Below, piece by piece: positions 63,166-64,000 of a stretch of DNA of 64,000 nt; position 1 is the stretch's first letter, and each line of letters starts with the position of its first letter. The DNA is from an archaeon (GTDB taxonomy: Archaea; Nanobdellota; Nanobdellia; Pacearchaeales; GW2011-AR1), in assembly GCA_024278335.1 (NCBI GenBank), contig JAJRTJ010000001.1, positions 26,481 to 90,480 of the forward strand, written 5' to 3'. The notes under the pieces were generated by a model. That model did no database searches and was not told the DNA's origin. It saw only the letters and a program-made list of their open reading frames with translations. The translations under genes and the position numbers were made by a program.

Positions 63166-64000
63166 TCATTTGTTAAATTTATCTAATAATGCAAAAAAAT
63201 CATCTTTATTAATTACCTTATCAACCTCACTAAGCCCTCTTTGTTCAGCTATTTCCCAAAAAACTTCTGGTTTATATTTTTTCATTAATGCTTGTATGGT
63301 TGGAAGTTTCGGGTCATCCCATCCAGAGTATTTGCCCGCTTCAACATCTTTTGTAATTTGGCTTGCAGATAATCTCATTCCTTGAATATGCCATCTCCCA
63401 AGATAAGCCTCCCAAGGGTATTTTTTTCCAAATGCCTTGAAAATCATCTTTTGTCTTTGCGAATTATCCCTATGCTCTTTTGCTCTTATAATGTGGGTCA
63501 TTTTCATTTCAATATCGTCGACAGAAACGCAAAGATTCATCAGGGGCCAAACCCGATATTTTTTCTTTTGTCTTGGGTGTGGAGTTTCATTAATTCTTGC
63601 AAGAGGAAAATCCCTCATTGCAGGATTTTTATGTTTCATGCTTGATTTAAATCTTAAAACAGCCTCTCCAGGATTAAATCCTTTTTTTGCCCCAGAACTC
63701 CGAGCTTTGGGGTATGCCGATTGGCCTAGCATTCTTTTCCAGTCAGCCTGATTTTCTTTCAAATTCTTTTTTCTACAAGGACAATTTTTTTTCTGTTTTG
63801 AAAATTCTCTAAATTTATCCCCAGAACATGTGCAAACATAAGAGTAGCCTTGTTTTATTAATTTCTCAGCATATTTATAATACAAATTCATTCTGTCTGA
63901 TTGAATAACGACTTCAACCTTTCCCTTAGTAAGCCACTTGATATCTTCTTTTATTAAATCATACGCTTTTGGATAAATATTATCTGGATTGGTATCTTCA
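63166..64000 (-). CDS. gltX: Glutamyl-tRNA synthetase catalytic domain (N-terminus outside window) ending without an anticodon-binding domain
   Basis: The frame is open to the window edge: EDTNPDNIYPKAYDLIKEDIKWL...VIQSDRMNLYYKYAEKLI..GYSYVCTC. It continues through MKHKNPAMRDFPLARI, VWPLMNLCVSVDD and THIIRAKEH, then MRLSAS (KMSKS position) and GWDDPKLPT. The stop comes ~40 aa later (…LLDKFNK*). Confidence 0.8.
   Translation of the reverse strand, partial: EDTNPDNIYPKAYDLIKEDIKWLTKGKVEVVIQSDRMNLYYKYAEKLIKQGYSYVCTCSGDKFREFSKQKKNCPCRKKNLKENQADWKRMLGQSAYPKARSSGAKKGFNPGEAVLRFKSSMKHKNPAMRDFPLARINETPHPRQKKKYRVWPLMNLCVSVDDIEMKMTHIIRAKEHRDNSQRQKMIFKAFGKKYPWEAYLGRWHIQGMRLSASQITKDVEAGKYSGWDDPKLPTIQALMKKYKPEVFWEIAEQRGLSEVDKVINKDDFFALLDKFNK

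Noticed and set aside
1-64000. CRISPR arrays, rRNA genes, IS elements, integrases and prophage-like blocks.
   Set aside because: I saw no regularly spaced direct repeats, no rRNA-like conserved stretches, and no transposase, integrase or capsid-like ORFs on reading both strands. The accessory content is metal/redox and small hypothetical genes instead.

Overview
AT-rich, very gene-dense archaeal chromosome segment. Archaeal identity rests on rpoH-rpoB-rpoA, NusA, uS12, uS7, aEF-2, aEF-1alpha, archaeal DnaG, RpoE'/Spt4/eS24/eS31, intron-containing tRNAs and a class III signal-peptide pilin. Compact or fused genes and K/E-rich protein tails suggest a small-genome, DPANN-like archaeon; that is inference only. 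About 95 features are listed: roughly 85 CDS, 5 tRNAs (Ser-GCU, initiator Met-CAU with intron, Lys-UUU with intron, Trp-CCA, His-GUG) and several candidate structured RNAs. I found no rRNA, CRISPR array, transposase or integrase. Observations worth a second look: (1) A ~10.5 kb minus-strand block (32.1-42.6 kb) starts with ten overlapping genes for Cys-motif membrane and secreted proteins. These include a CopG/DUF411-like protein, a triple CxxC thioredoxin-like protein, and two proteins ending in GGMVGGC. The block continues into ArsR, DUF302, TRASH-like miniproteins, a CDF transporter and CopA. This is a candidate undescribed extracytoplasmic thiol/copper-handling system. (2) Three genes are interrupted by in-frame TAA codons although the protein sequence continues. 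Two of these share an identical 13-nt context (TAAATAAAATTTC), which also occurs once intergenically. (3) The anaerobic ribonucleotide reductase NrdD is split, so the glycyl-radical loop sits on a separate 42-aa ORF with its own RBS. (4) An SMC-type ATPase has a CxxC at the exact coiled-coil midpoint instead of a hinge. (5) A GGDEF diguanylate cyclase and an NrdR are present in an archaeal context. (6) rpoA is a single fused gene. (7) The 5' end of tRNA-Lys is repeated in tandem upstream of the gene. (8) Two GC-enriched intergenic regions carry multiple hairpins with UUCG loops. (9) A GluRS lacks its anticodon-binding domain. All function calls come from my own reading of motifs; no database search was run.
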